Shown: piece by piece, positions 1 through 9,022 of the stretch
Position numbering within the stretch: position 1 is the first letter of the stretch
How the letters are laid out: each line of letters starts with the position of its first letter
NCBI GenBank assembly: GCA_964553405.1
Contig: CAZKLS010000002.1
Coordinates: 3,842-67,841 of the forward strand
Length of the DNA stretch: 64,000 nt
Direction: 5' to 3'
Source of the DNA: an uncultured Steroidobacteraceae bacterium
GTDB lineage: Bacteria > Pseudomonadota > Gammaproteobacteria > Steroidobacterales > Steroidobacteraceae
Position numbers and translations under genes: made by a program
The notes under the pieces: model-generated
Databases searched by the model: none
The model's input: only the letters and a program-made list of their open reading frames with translations
Told to the model about the DNA's origin: nothing

Positions 1-2
1 CC

Positions 3-881
3 GCCGGTGGCACCGTCAGCCTGGACGCGATCGTCTCGGGCAACGCAAGGATCGCCGGCGGCGACGTGACGGTCGGACCCGCGACCGTGATCGCCGGCGC
101 CGCCTCGCTGACCGGGGGCCAGGTGCGGTTCGACGGCAACACGCACGAATACCTGCAGGTATCGGCGGCCAGCGTTCACCTCAATGGCGTCGTGCACGGG
201 GACGTGGAACTGCGGTCCGGCGACCTCCGCATCGGCCCCGAGACGCGCATCGGAGGCCGGCTCGTCTACCACGGTCCCTCGCAGCCGAGCGTGCCGCCGG
301 GTGCCGAGATCTCCGGCGGCATCGAGTTTCACGAGTCGGACGTGGACTTGTCGTTCGACCCGCCCGGCGACGGACTGCACGACGCGGCCCGCGGGGTCGG
401 CTCGTTCTTCTGGTTCCTCGGCGTGTTCATCGCCGCAGCGGCATTCAACCTCGTCGCGCCGGGCTTCTCGCAGCGGGCGGCGCAGTTCGTCGGCAGCGAT
501 CCGCTGAAGAGCCTGGGTCTGGGGTTCGCCGTGCTGGTGTGCGCCCCGGTCCTGGTGATCCTGCTGCTGATCACGGTGATCGGGATCCCGGTCGGGCTGA
601 TCCTGCTCACCGCGTACCTGCTGCTGCTGTTCCTCGGCTGGCTGACCACGGCGACGTTCATCGGCCAGAAGATCCGTGGCGTGTTCGGGGCGAACCGGGC
701 CGCGACGACCGGTTGGCGATTGCTGGCGCTGCTCGCTGCGCTGCTGTTGCTCTGGTTCGCGGGACGGATTCCCTACGTCGGTCACTGGATCCAGTTGGCG
801 GTGCTGCTGGCCGGGATGGGCGCCCTGGTCCTCGCCGCCTGGAACCGCCGGGGCTCCCAGGCGCCGCAGCCTGCGGCCTGA
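3..881 (+). CDS. Bactofilin-like beta-helix repeat protein fused to a C-terminal polytopic (about 4 TM) membrane domain; 5' end probably cut by the window edge
   Basis: The frame is open from nt 3 with no upstream stop (AGGTVSLDAIVSGNARIAGGDV...). It has repetitive G-D-V/x-R-I-G motifs typical of polymer-forming cytoskeletal (DUF583-like) repeats. These are followed by hydrophobic helices (FFWFLGVFIAAAAF, LGLGFAVLVCAPVLVILLLITVIGIPVGLILLTAYLLLLFLGWL, LLALLAALLLLWF). Confidence 0.5.
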   Translation, partial: AGGTVSLDAIVSGNARIAGGDVTVGPATVIAGAASLTGGQVRFDGNTHEYLQVSAASVHLNGVVHGDVELRSGDLRIGPETRIGGRLVYHGPSQPSVPPGAEISGGIEFHESDVDLSFDPPGDGLHDAARGVGSFFWFLGVFIAAAAFNLVAPGFSQRAAQFVGSDPLKSLGLGFAVLVCAPVLVILLLITVIGIPVGLILLTAYLLLLFLGWLTTATFIGQKIRGVFGANRAATTGWRLLALLAALLLLWFAGRIPYVGHWIQLAVLLAGMGALVLAAWNRRGSQAPQPAA

Positions 882-911
882 ACCGGGCCGCGGCCCGGCA
901 CGGTCCCCGAG

Positions 912-1460
912 ATGTCCTGGCGCGAGCGACTCCGCGAAACGGCTGCCACGCCCTGGCCGCCGGTCGGCAACGCGGCCGTGCTCGCCTGCGTGGGCTTCGT
1001 GCTCTGGATGCTGCTGCAGGGATCCTTCGGTGATCGCTGGACCCCCATCCTGGACCACGCGAACCTCGCGTTCCACGAGGCCGGCCACGTGATCGTCGGC
1101 CTCGTCTCGGGCCGCCTCGCGGTCTACGGCGGCACGCTGGCCCAGCTGTTCTTCCCGCTGGCTGCGGCCTACGCCTTCTGGTCGCGTCGCCACACCGCAG
1201 GTTTCGCGCTCTGCCTGGGCTGGGCCTGCCAGAGCCTGCTGAACGTCGCGACCTACATGGCCGATGCGCGCGCGATGGCGCTGCCGCTGATCGGCGGACT
1301 GGACCCGCAGACACACCACGACTGGCGGGAAATCCTCTCGCGTTGGGGCATGCTCGAGCTGGACACGGCCTGGGCTGCGCTCGCCAGGGTGATCGCCTGG
1401 GTCGTCGGCCTCGGCAGCTGTGCCTGGCTGTTCAGGCAGCGGGCGCGTGGCAATGTCTGA
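912..1460 (+). CDS. Integral membrane protein with HEAGH (HExxH) motif, possible membrane-embedded metallopeptidase-like protein
   Basis: 182-aa ORF with several TM segments and AFHEAGHVIVG at the start of a helix. Family not recognised. Confidence 0.45.
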   Translation: MSWRERLRETAATPWPPVGNAAVLACVGFVLWMLLQGSFGDRWTPILDHANLAFHEAGHVIVGLVSGRLAVYGGTLAQLFFPLAAAYAFWSRRHTAGFALCLGWACQSLLNVATYMADARAMALPLIGGLDPQTHHDWREILSRWGMLELDTAWAALARVIAWVVGLGSCAWLFRQRARGNV

Positions 1461-1488
1461 ACTCCGGCGACTTCCGGTGAGGTGAGCG

Positions 1489-1929
1489 ATGAACCACTGG
1501 CCGCACCTGCTGGCCTTTCTGGTCGGGGCCGGGCTGACCGTCCAGGTCGGCATGAACGCGACCGTGCGCGAGGCGCTGGGCTCGCCGATCCTCGCGAGCA
1601 TCGTCAATTTCGTCATCGGCCTGCTCGCGCTCGCGGCGCTCGCGCTCGCCGGCGGGTCACGCATTCCGGCTGGCGGCTTCGCGGCCGTGCCGGGCTGGGC
1701 CTGGCTCGCGGGACTGCTCGGGGCGGCCTATGTGGCCGCCACGACCGTGCTCGGCCCGCGCCTCGGCGCGGCCGTCATGCTTGCGATCATCCTGTGCGGC
1801 CAGATGGCCGCCGCACTGCTCGTCGACCACGTGGGTGCGATAGGATTCCCGCAGAACCCGGTCACGCCGTCTCGCCTCGTTGGGGCCCTGCTCCTGGTCG
1901 TCGGCGTGCTGCTCATCATGCGCCGCTGA
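1489..1929 (+). CDS. DMT-superfamily small membrane protein, YdcZ/DUF606-like
   Basis: 146 aa with 4-5 TM. The N-terminus LLAFLVGAGLTVQVGMNATVREALGSPILASIVNFVIG resembles the YdcZ family. Confidence 0.6.
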   Translation: MNHWPHLLAFLVGAGLTVQVGMNATVREALGSPILASIVNFVIGLLALAALALAGGSRIPAGGFAAVPGWAWLAGLLGAAYVAATTVLGPRLGAAVMLAIILCGQMAAALLVDHVGAIGFPQNPVTPSRLVGALLLVVGVLLIMRR

Positions 1930-1938
1930 GGATCTGAA

Positions 1939-2520
1939 ATGGCAAGGACACCGTCGACAATGCTTCCGCTCGGGACTCGCGCCCCGGCATTCCGGCTGCC
2001 CGATTTCGAAGGTCGCAGCCACGCACTGGAGGATTTCGCCGGGTCGCCGGCGCTGCTGGTCGTGTTCACCTGCAACCACTGTCCGTTCGTGAAGCACATC
2101 CGCACGGAGTTCGCCCGGTTCGCGGGCGAATACGGGCCGCGCGGACTCGCGATCGTGGCGATCAACTCGAACGATCTCGAGGCCTACCCGCAGGACGGGC
2201 CCGCGGCGATGCGGCAGGAAGCCGAGGAATTCGGCTACGACTTCCCCTATCTGCTGGACGAGACCCAGCAGGTGGCCAAGGCGTATCACGCCGCCTGCAC
2301 GCCGGATTTCTTCCTCTTCGACGGGCAGCGGCGCCTCTGCTATCGCGGCCAGTTCGACGACAGCCGCCCCGGCAGCGACCGGCCCGTGACCGGCGCAGAC
2401 CTGCGCGCTGCGGTGGACGCGGTGCTCGCCGGGCGCGAGGTCGACCCGGAGCAGATGCCGAGCCTCGGCTGCAACATCAAGTGGAAGCCGGGCGGCGCGC
2501 CCGATTACTCCGGCAGCTGA
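1939..2520 (+). CDS. Thioredoxin-fold protein (AhpC/TSA-redoxin-like thiol-disulfide oxidoreductase)
   Basis: FRLPDFEG...LLVVFTCNHCPFVKH has the CxxC in thioredoxin-fold context. 193 aa. Confidence 0.7.
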   Translation: MARTPSTMLPLGTRAPAFRLPDFEGRSHALEDFAGSPALLVVFTCNHCPFVKHIRTEFARFAGEYGPRGLAIVAINSNDLEAYPQDGPAAMRQEAEEFGYDFPYLLDETQQVAKAYHAACTPDFFLFDGQRRLCYRGQFDDSRPGSDRPVTGADLRAAVDAVLAGREVDPEQMPSLGCNIKWKPGGAPDYSGS

Positions 2521-2526
2521 TCCGCC

Positions 2527-3120
2527 TCAGCGCGCCGCCCGCCGCGGCGGGAACTCGGCGACGATCCGCTTGGCCATGTCCACCAGCGTGCGCATGCCCG
2601 CCTCGCGCGAGGTGACGCGGCCTTCGCTGTCGATCCGGCCTCGCCACAGCAGCCTGCCGGTCGCCGGGTCGTCCGCGAAGACGATCAGTGATCCCTGCCG
2701 CAAGGTCTGCTCCTCCGGCACGGCGGTGGCGGAGGCGGGCGGCAGCGTGGCGCCGCCAGGATCCAGCACCTCGGTGGGCAGCGGCGCCCCGATGCGCCGA
2801 TCCTCGGCGATGACGAATTTCTGCGAACCGGCCAGCTGGTAGCTGATCAGCATGTCGGTCGGACCGGACCCGGCCGACTGGGCGTAGCCCTTGCCGAGCA
2901 GGCCCTCGACGATCGCGATGCGCAGCCGGGCGTCAACTTCGGCCGAGAGCTTCGCACCGACCGGCACGCCCGTCGCGACGTCACCGCTCTTCCAGGTGAA
3001 ACTCGTCCGACCGGCGACGTCCGCTTCAGGAGCCTCGAACTCATCGACGGCCCACGGCGAGGCGCAGCCCGCGAGCAAAATCAGAATTGCGGCCTGTAGG
3101 GCGAGCCCCGGCAGGGTCAT
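2527..3120 (-). CDS. Lipoprotein, DUF4136-like
   Basis: The internal Met at 3120 gives MTLPGLALQAAILILLAGC (lipobox LAGC). The longer 3201 start adds an Arg-rich non-signal extension that overlaps the nrdJ 3' end. Confidence 0.5.
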   Translation of the reverse strand: MTLPGLALQAAILILLAGCASPWAVDEFEAPEADVAGRTSFTWKSGDVATGVPVGAKLSAEVDARLRIAIVEGLLGKGYAQSAGSGPTDMLISYQLAGSQKFVIAEDRRIGAPLPTEVLDPGGATLPPASATAVPEEQTLRQGSLIVFADDPATGRLLWRGRIDSEGRVTSREAGMRTLVDMAKRIVAEFPPRRAAR

Positions 3121-3197
3121 GCGATACACCCGGGCCGGCGCAACGCCGGCGACCCGCTGATTGTGCGCTTGCCGGCGCCGCGATGCGCCACGATTTC

Positions 3198-5054
3198 TCA
3201 TCCCGGCCCGCAGCAGTTGCTGGCCGCGCCCGGGGCCCCGGCGAGACCCACGACCTGGCCGCGCCGCGTCCCCGGCCGATAGGTCGTGCAGCCCTTCACG
3301 CCCAGTGCGTGGGCTCGCTCGAAGAGCGCAGCGCAGGCGCCGGCGTCGGCGTCAGCGGGCAGGTTGATGGTCTTGGATATCGCGCCGTCCACCCAGGGCT
3401 GCAACACGGCCTGCATGCGCAGATGCGCCTCCGGGCTCAATTCGGTCGCGGTCACGAAGTGCCGGGGCGGCGGCTGGTCGCGATGGCATTCTCGCCAGCG
3501 CCGCAGCGCCCAGTCCGTGGTCTCCAGGCTGACGGGCTCGCCGCGTCGGCTGAGCACGGTTCTGCGGCCCTCGAGCTGGAATACGGGTTCGACGCCGCTC
3601 GAGACGTTTCCGGCCAGCAGGCTGATCGTCCCCGCGGGCGCGATCGAGACCAGGTGGCTGTTCCGGATGCCGTGGCGGGCGATACTGTCGCGCACGGCCG
3701 CGGGCAGCCGGCGCACGCATTCGCCGGCGAGGTAGCGCTCGCGATCGAAGCCTGGGAAGGCGCCCTTTTCGGCCGCCAGCAGAGCGGAGCTGGAGTAGGC
3801 GGCCGTGAAGATGCGACGCATCGTTCGCCCGGCAAGGTCCCGCGCGGCGTCGCTGTCGTAGTGCAGGCCGAGCGCGGCCAGCGTGTCGGCGAGTCCGGTG
3901 ATCCCGAGCCCGATCCGGCGCGTCGTGCGCGCTATGTCGGCCTGCGCCGGCAACGGATAGCGCGTCACGTCGAGCACCGCGTCCAGGAAGCGCACGGCTG
4001 TCGGGACAGTCTCTGCCAGCGCTTCGATGTCCAGGCGTGCGTGCCTCGAGCAGGCGTCGCGGACGAAGGCGGTGAGGTTCAGCGAGCCCAGCACGCAGGC
4101 ACCGTAAGGGGGCAGCGGCACTTCGCCGCAGGGATTGGTCGCGCTGAGGTCCTCGAGCCAGCGCAGGTTGTTGCCGCGGTTGATCGTGTCGACGAACAGC
4201 AGGCCGGGCTCGCAGCTCGCGTGGTTCGCCGCTGCGAGGCGACTCCAGAGTTCCCGCGCCGGGACGACCCGGTGGACGCGGCAGGGCACGCTGCCCTCGC
4301 GCCCGGGCCAGGATCGCGACACCAGCGTGGCCGGCCCGTCGTCGGGGTCGCCCGCACCCGCGGGAAACACCAGCGGCCAGGCCGCGTCCGAGTGCACCGC
4401 GGCGAGGAACTCGTCGGTGACCAGCACCGACAGGTTGAAATACTGCAGCGCGCCCGGCTGGAGTTTCGCGTCGATGAATTCGAGCAGGTCCGGGTGGTCG
4501 CAGCGCAAAGTCGCCATCATCGCGCCGCGCCGGCCTCCCGAGGCGAGCACGGTCGCGCACATCGCGTTCCAGACGTGCATGAACGAAACGGGACCGGAGG
4601 CGATCGTACCTGCCGACGTCGCGGAGTCGCCCCTTGGACGCAGCGTGGAGAAGTCGCAGCCGATGCCGCCACCGTGCTGGAGCGTGACCGCGCTCTGCTC
4701 CAGCGCGCGGAAGATTCCCGCGATCGAGTCCTCGATGCGTCCCATCACGAAGCAGTTGAGCAGCGTAACCGAGCGCCCGGTGCCGGCTCCGGCCAGGATG
4801 CGGCCGCCCGGCAGGAAGCGAAAGCCCGCGAGCAGCTCCCGGAAACGCGCGGCCCAGTCCCCGGCACGAGCGCCTTCGGCCGCGGCGACGGCCGCGGCTA
4901 CCCGGTCCCAGGTGCCGCCCGGGCCGTCCTCCAGTGGCGCGTCGGCGTGGCGCCACTGGTAGCGCTGTTCCCAGATCCAGCGGGCGAGCGGGTCGGCGAA
5001 GCGATCCATCAGCTTCGATGCTATGCCCGCGCCGGACCGATCGACAACAGCCAT
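3198..5054 (-). CDS. nrdJ: Class II (adenosylcobalamin-dependent) ribonucleotide reductase
   Basis: Active-site loop NPCGEVPLPPYGACVLGSLNL, plus ISKTINLP, GCTTYRPG and a C-terminal redox tail ...SNCCGPG. 618 aa. The start could alternatively be Met16 (5009). Confidence 0.85.
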   Translation of the reverse strand: MAVVDRSGAGIASKLMDRFADPLARWIWEQRYQWRHADAPLEDGPGGTWDRVAAAVAAAEGARAGDWAARFRELLAGFRFLPGGRILAGAGTGRSVTLLNCFVMGRIEDSIAGIFRALEQSAVTLQHGGGIGCDFSTLRPRGDSATSAGTIASGPVSFMHVWNAMCATVLASGGRRGAMMATLRCDHPDLLEFIDAKLQPGALQYFNLSVLVTDEFLAAVHSDAAWPLVFPAGAGDPDDGPATLVSRSWPGREGSVPCRVHRVVPARELWSRLAAANHASCEPGLLFVDTINRGNNLRWLEDLSATNPCGEVPLPPYGACVLGSLNLTAFVRDACSRHARLDIEALAETVPTAVRFLDAVLDVTRYPLPAQADIARTTRRIGLGITGLADTLAALGLHYDSDAARDLAGRTMRRIFTAAYSSSALLAAEKGAFPGFDRERYLAGECVRRLPAAVRDSIARHGIRNSHLVSIAPAGTISLLAGNVSSGVEPVFQLEGRRTVLSRRGEPVSLETTDWALRRWRECHRDQPPPRHFVTATELSPEAHLRMQAVLQPWVDGAISKTINLPADADAGACAALFERAHALGVKGCTTYRPGTRRGQVVGLAGAPGAASNCCGPG

Positions 5055-5240
5055 CTACCGGGAGGCGGGCGGCGGAAAATGTGACCCGGCTCGCAGCTGC
5101 GAGACGGCTGCGCGGGACGTTTGGTTGGTGGCCCGGCGCTGCCGGCGCATACTCGATCGCGGTATCGTATCGGAGTCGACGATGGAGGCCCGGACCCGTC
5201 CCGCGGGAGCCCCCGGCAGGCGCCGGAGGCGTTGCGCACC

Positions 5241-7565
5241 ATGAAGACCGTACTTCTCGCCTACGAGCGCGACCAGGATTTCGCTTCGGTCGAGGCGCTG
5301 CTCGCCGCGCGTGGCCACCGCGTGCTCCGGGCTCGCAGCGGCGTCGAGGCGCTCGAGATCGCGCGGCACGACCCGCCGCACGTGGTCGTCAGCGACGTGC
5401 TGCTGCCGCGGCTCGACGGCTTCGCGCTGTGCCGGCGCCTCAAGGAGGATCCGCTGCTGCAGCACGTCCCGGTCGTGATGCATTCGTTCCGTGTCGAGGG
5501 CGCCAAGTACGAGTCCTTCGCCGCCGAGGTCGGGGCGGAGCGTTTCGTGCCGCGCGGCGCGACGCTGGAGGAACTGGCCGAGTTCATCGAGAAGCAGAAC
5601 GCCGGTTCCGGGACGATGCGGATGCCGGCACTGGTGCCGGAGCTGCTGGAGAAGCGCGAGCGCGACCGCCGCAGGCTGACCGAACTGGAGTCGCGCCTGC
5701 GCGAGATCGAGGCAGCGAACCGGCAGCAGGAGGCGGCGAACCGCGAGTTCCAGGCGGCCGAGCGGCAGCTGCGTGAGCGACTGGAGCAGGAGCAGCGGCA
5801 GAGAGCCGAGCTGGTCGCGACGGACTCGGCCAAGATCCGGGAGCTGCAGGCACGGGTCGTGGACCTGGAACGGGCCGGCAACGAGCTGGGGCGCGCGGAA
5901 ACGCGCGCGCGGGAGGCGGCCGAGAAGGCCCGCGCCGAGCTAGCCCGGGTCCCGGAGCTCGAGAACCAGCTCGGGCAGCTGGGCGCAGAGCGCGATCGGC
6001 TGCAGGCTGAGGCGGCCGACCTGCGCAGGCGGCTGGCCGAACAGGAGGCGGCACTGGAGCGGGCCGTGTCGGAGGCCCAGCAAGGGGACGCGCTGCGTAC
6101 CCGGGCGCTGGACGAGTCGCCGGCGCCCAGTTGCATCGTCGACGGCGAAGGCCGTATCGGCTACGCGAACGCGGCCCTCGCGACACTGCTCGCCCAGAAT
6201 GCCGGCGAGCTGCAGGGACGGCGGATTTCGGATTTCGAGCTGCGCAGTTCCGGCGCGGAGACGACGATCCGCGCGGCTGCGATCGGCGGCGACGGCCAGA
6301 TGCTGCAGGAGCTGCGCTGGCAGCGGCCCGACGGATCCGTGCTCGACGTGGAACTCGCCGGGAGTCCGCTCGAGGAGCCAGCCGGTTACCGGGTGGTGAC
6401 CGTGCGCGACGTGACGCACCGCAAGCGCGCCACCCGGCGCTCCGAGCTGGATCAGAAGTGCCTCGGCAGCCTGGTGGACCTCGCGCAGCGTACACAGTCG
6501 CTGTCGGAGACGGAGATTCAGCGAGCCGCGGTCGAAATCGCAGCGCAGGTCACGGGTGGCCAGCTGGCCCTGCTGTTCATGGCGCTGCCCGAGCCGACGC
6601 AGCTGGAGCTCTCGGCGCGCCTCGACCAGGACGAACAGGGCTCGCTGGCGCGCTGGCGCGGAACACCGCCCGCGGATTCGGCCCTGCTCGAGTGCCTCGA
6701 ATCCCAGCAGCCCGTGCTGCGCGACTCGCCGCAAGGCACCGGCGTGCTGGTCCAGTGCGGCCTGCCCGCGCAGTTCACCCGGCAGCTGGCCTTGCCGCTG
6801 CTCGATGGCAGTCGCGTGACCGGCGTGCTGCTGGTCGCGGACAAGCCGACGCCCTTCGACGAGGACGACCGGCGCCGCGGCGCGCAACTGGCCGACGTCG
6901 CGTGGAAAGCGCTGCGTCGCCGGCGCTCCGATGCCGAGGTCGTCAGCGCCATGGATCACATGGAGCGGGTCATGCTCGGCACGGTCTCGGCGCTGGCAGA
7001 GATGGCCGAGCGCCAGGACGCGAACAAGACCGGTCGCAGCCACCGGGTCGCGGACCTGGCCGCCGACATCGGCGCCGCGCTCGGCCTTCCGGGCCACACG
7101 CTGCGCGGCCTGCGGGTCGCGGGCCAGCTGATCGACGTGGGCATGCTGCACATTCCGCGCGAGATCCTCTGGCGCCCGGGCCCGCTTGCGCCGGCCGAGT
7201 ACGAGCTGGTCAAGACGCACGCCGAGCGCGGCTACGAGACGCTGCGCCAGATCGAGTTCCCGTGGCCGGTGGCCGAGGTCGTGCGGCAGCACCACGAGCG
7301 CACGGACGGGTCCGGGTATCCGCGCGGCCTCAAAGGGGAGGAGATCCTGCTGGAAGCGCGGATCGTCGCGGTCGCCGACGCCGTCGAGGCGATGCTCGCG
7401 CCGAGACCTCAGCGCGCGGCTCTCAGCACCGCCGACTGCATCGAAGAACTCCAGTCGCGGGCCGGACGGCGTTACGATGCGCGCGTGGTCAAGGCCTGCG
7501 TCAAACTGCTCCGGGAACGAGAGGATCACCAGGCCGGTGAAGCCCTGCGCAGCAGGATCGCCTGA
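5241..7565 (+). CDS. Response-regulator receiver / long coiled coil / PAS / GAF / HD-GYP domain protein
   Basis: MKTVLLAYE...VVVSDVLLPRLDG is the REC domain. About 230 aa of heptad-like E/R/Q/L-rich sequence follow, then PAS (IVDGEGRIGYANAAL) and a GAF-like block. The C-terminus has RSHRVADLA...HHERTDGSGYPRGL (HD-GYP). Start chosen at the ATG at 5241. Confidence 0.85.
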   Translation: MKTVLLAYERDQDFASVEALLAARGHRVLRARSGVEALEIARHDPPHVVVSDVLLPRLDGFALCRRLKEDPLLQHVPVVMHSFRVEGAKYESFAAEVGAERFVPRGATLEELAEFIEKQNAGSGTMRMPALVPELLEKRERDRRRLTELESRLREIEAANRQQEAANREFQAAERQLRERLEQEQRQRAELVATDSAKIRELQARVVDLERAGNELGRAETRAREAAEKARAELARVPELENQLGQLGAERDRLQAEAADLRRRLAEQEAALERAVSEAQQGDALRTRALDESPAPSCIVDGEGRIGYANAALATLLAQNAGELQGRRISDFELRSSGAETTIRAAAIGGDGQMLQELRWQRPDGSVLDVELAGSPLEEPAGYRVVTVRDVTHRKRATRRSELDQKCLGSLVDLAQRTQSLSETEIQRAAVEIAAQVTGGQLALLFMALPEPTQLELSARLDQDEQGSLARWRGTPPADSALLECLESQQPVLRDSPQGTGVLVQCGLPAQFTRQLALPLLDGSRVTGVLLVADKPTPFDEDDRRRGAQLADVAWKALRRRRSDAEVVSAMDHMERVMLGTVSALAEMAERQDANKTGRSHRVADLAADIGAALGLPGHTLRGLRVAGQLIDVGMLHIPREILWRPGPLAPAEYELVKTHAERGYETLRQIEFPWPVAEVVRQHHERTDGSGYPRGLKGEEILLEARIVAVADAVEAMLAPRPQRAALSTADCIEELQSRAGRRYDARVVKACVKLLREREDHQAGEALRSRIA

Positions 7566-7574
7566 GCCGGCGGG

Positions 7575-8975
7575 ATGCAGCTCGAGTTCTTCGGTGCGGC
7601 CGGTGAGGTAACCGGCTCCTGCCACGTGCTGCGCGTCGGCCGCAGCACGCTGCTGCTCGACTGCGGCCTGATACAGGGCGGCCCGTCCCCGCACGAGCGC
7701 AACCGGGCCCCGTTCCCGTTCGAGCCCGGATCCGTCGATGCGGTGGTGCTGAGCCACGCGCACGTGGACCACTGCGGACGGCTGCCGCTGCTGCGGCAGC
7801 AGGGGTTTCGCGGACCGATCTATGCCACGGCCGCGACCCGCGACCTGGCCCGGATCCTGCTGGCCGACAGCGCGAAGCTCGCCGAGCGCGACGCCGAGCG
7901 GGAAAATCGCCGTCGGGCGCGCGACGGGAACAAGCGGCGCGTCGAGCCGCTGTATTCGACCGAGGACGCCGAGGCGACGCTGCGCCAGTTCCGCGCGGTC
8001 CCGTATGGCCGCCCGGTCACGGTATGCGACGGCGTCGAGCTGAGGTTTCGCGATGCGGGGCACATTCTCGGCTCGGCAAGTGCCTGGCTGGACCTGAACG
8101 AGGGCGACCTGCACCGCCGCCTGGTTTTCAGTGGCGATCTCGGCCAGTACGACTCGCCGATCCTTCGCGATCCGGAGCCGGGCGACGGCGCGGACCTCGT
8201 GCTGATGGAAAGCACCTACGGCGACCGCAGGCACCGCGAACGCGAGCAGACCCTGGTCGAATTCGGGGAGATCCTTGAGGCCTGCCGCGGGAGCGGCGGC
8301 AACGTGCTGATCCCGGCGTTCGCGGTCGGGCGCAGCCAGGAGCTGCTCTACGAGCTCGGCACACATTTCGAAGCCTGGCGGCTCGGCGACTGGCAGATCT
8401 TCCTCGACAGCCCGATGGCCATCGAGGCGACCGGCGTGTACTGGGACCACGCCGACCTGTACGACGAGGAGGCGGCCCGTTTCCGCAGGCGCGCGCACAG
8501 CCTGCCGCCGCTGCCGAACCTGAAGCTCTGCCGCACGGCCGAGGAGTCGATGGCCGTCAACCGCATCCGCGAGGGCGCCATCGTCATCGCCGGAAGCGGT
8601 ATGTGCACCGGCGGGCGGATCGTGCATCACCTGAAGCACAATCTCGAGCGTCCCGAGTGCCATCTGATCTTTACCGGCTTCCAGGCGCAAGGCACGCTGG
8701 GGCGGGCGCTGGTGGACGGTCGCGAGTCGGTGCGCATCCACGGCGACGAGCTGGACGTCGCGATGCAGGTGCACACGCTCGGCGGCTTCTCGGCGCACGG
8801 CGACCAGTCGGACCTGCTGCGCTGGTACGAGGGCGTGGGCGGTCGACCGCCCGTCTGGCTCGTGCACGGCGAGAACGCGGCTTCCGCCGGCCTCGAGGAC
8901 GCGCTGCTCGAGCGGGGCATCGAGGTCGGGATCGCCGAGCGCGGTCTGCACCTGGACCTCGGCGCGCTGCCTTGA
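7575..8975 (+). CDS. MBL-fold beta-CASP ribonuclease (RNase J/CPSF-like, RNA-specificity domain)
   Basis: MQLEFFGAAGEVTGSCHVL, HAHVDHCGRLP (HxHxDH), ...FSAHGDQSDL, 466 aa. It starts 9 nt after the preceding stop. Confidence 0.8.
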   Translation: MQLEFFGAAGEVTGSCHVLRVGRSTLLLDCGLIQGGPSPHERNRAPFPFEPGSVDAVVLSHAHVDHCGRLPLLRQQGFRGPIYATAATRDLARILLADSAKLAERDAERENRRRARDGNKRRVEPLYSTEDAEATLRQFRAVPYGRPVTVCDGVELRFRDAGHILGSASAWLDLNEGDLHRRLVFSGDLGQYDSPILRDPEPGDGADLVLMESTYGDRRHREREQTLVEFGEILEACRGSGGNVLIPAFAVGRSQELLYELGTHFEAWRLGDWQIFLDSPMAIEATGVYWDHADLYDEEAARFRRRAHSLPPLPNLKLCRTAEESMAVNRIREGAIVIAGSGMCTGGRIVHHLKHNLERPECHLIFTGFQAQGTLGRALVDGRESVRIHGDELDVAMQVHTLGGFSAHGDQSDLLRWYEGVGGRPPVWLVHGENAASAGLEDALLERGIEVGIAERGLHLDLGALP

Positions 8976-9022
8976 GCGAGGGGCCGATCACGCCGGACCC
9001 GGCTGCGGGCGGCCGCGCGCGG

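Noticed and set aside
5055-5240. Possible cobalamin riboswitch or NrdR boxes in the nrdJ leader
   Set aside because: I could not find a B12-box-like core or a convincing pair of NrdR-type palindromes on the minus strand. There are only short GC hairpins. This should be confirmed with Rfam/cmsearch.
5940-8951. 1003-aa minus-strand ORF spanning the HD-GYP and beta-CASP genes
   Set aside because: It is antisense to two genes with clear family signatures. Its translation is Arg/Ala/Gly/Pro/Leu-rich with no recognisable motifs. This is a typical GC-driven shadow ORF.
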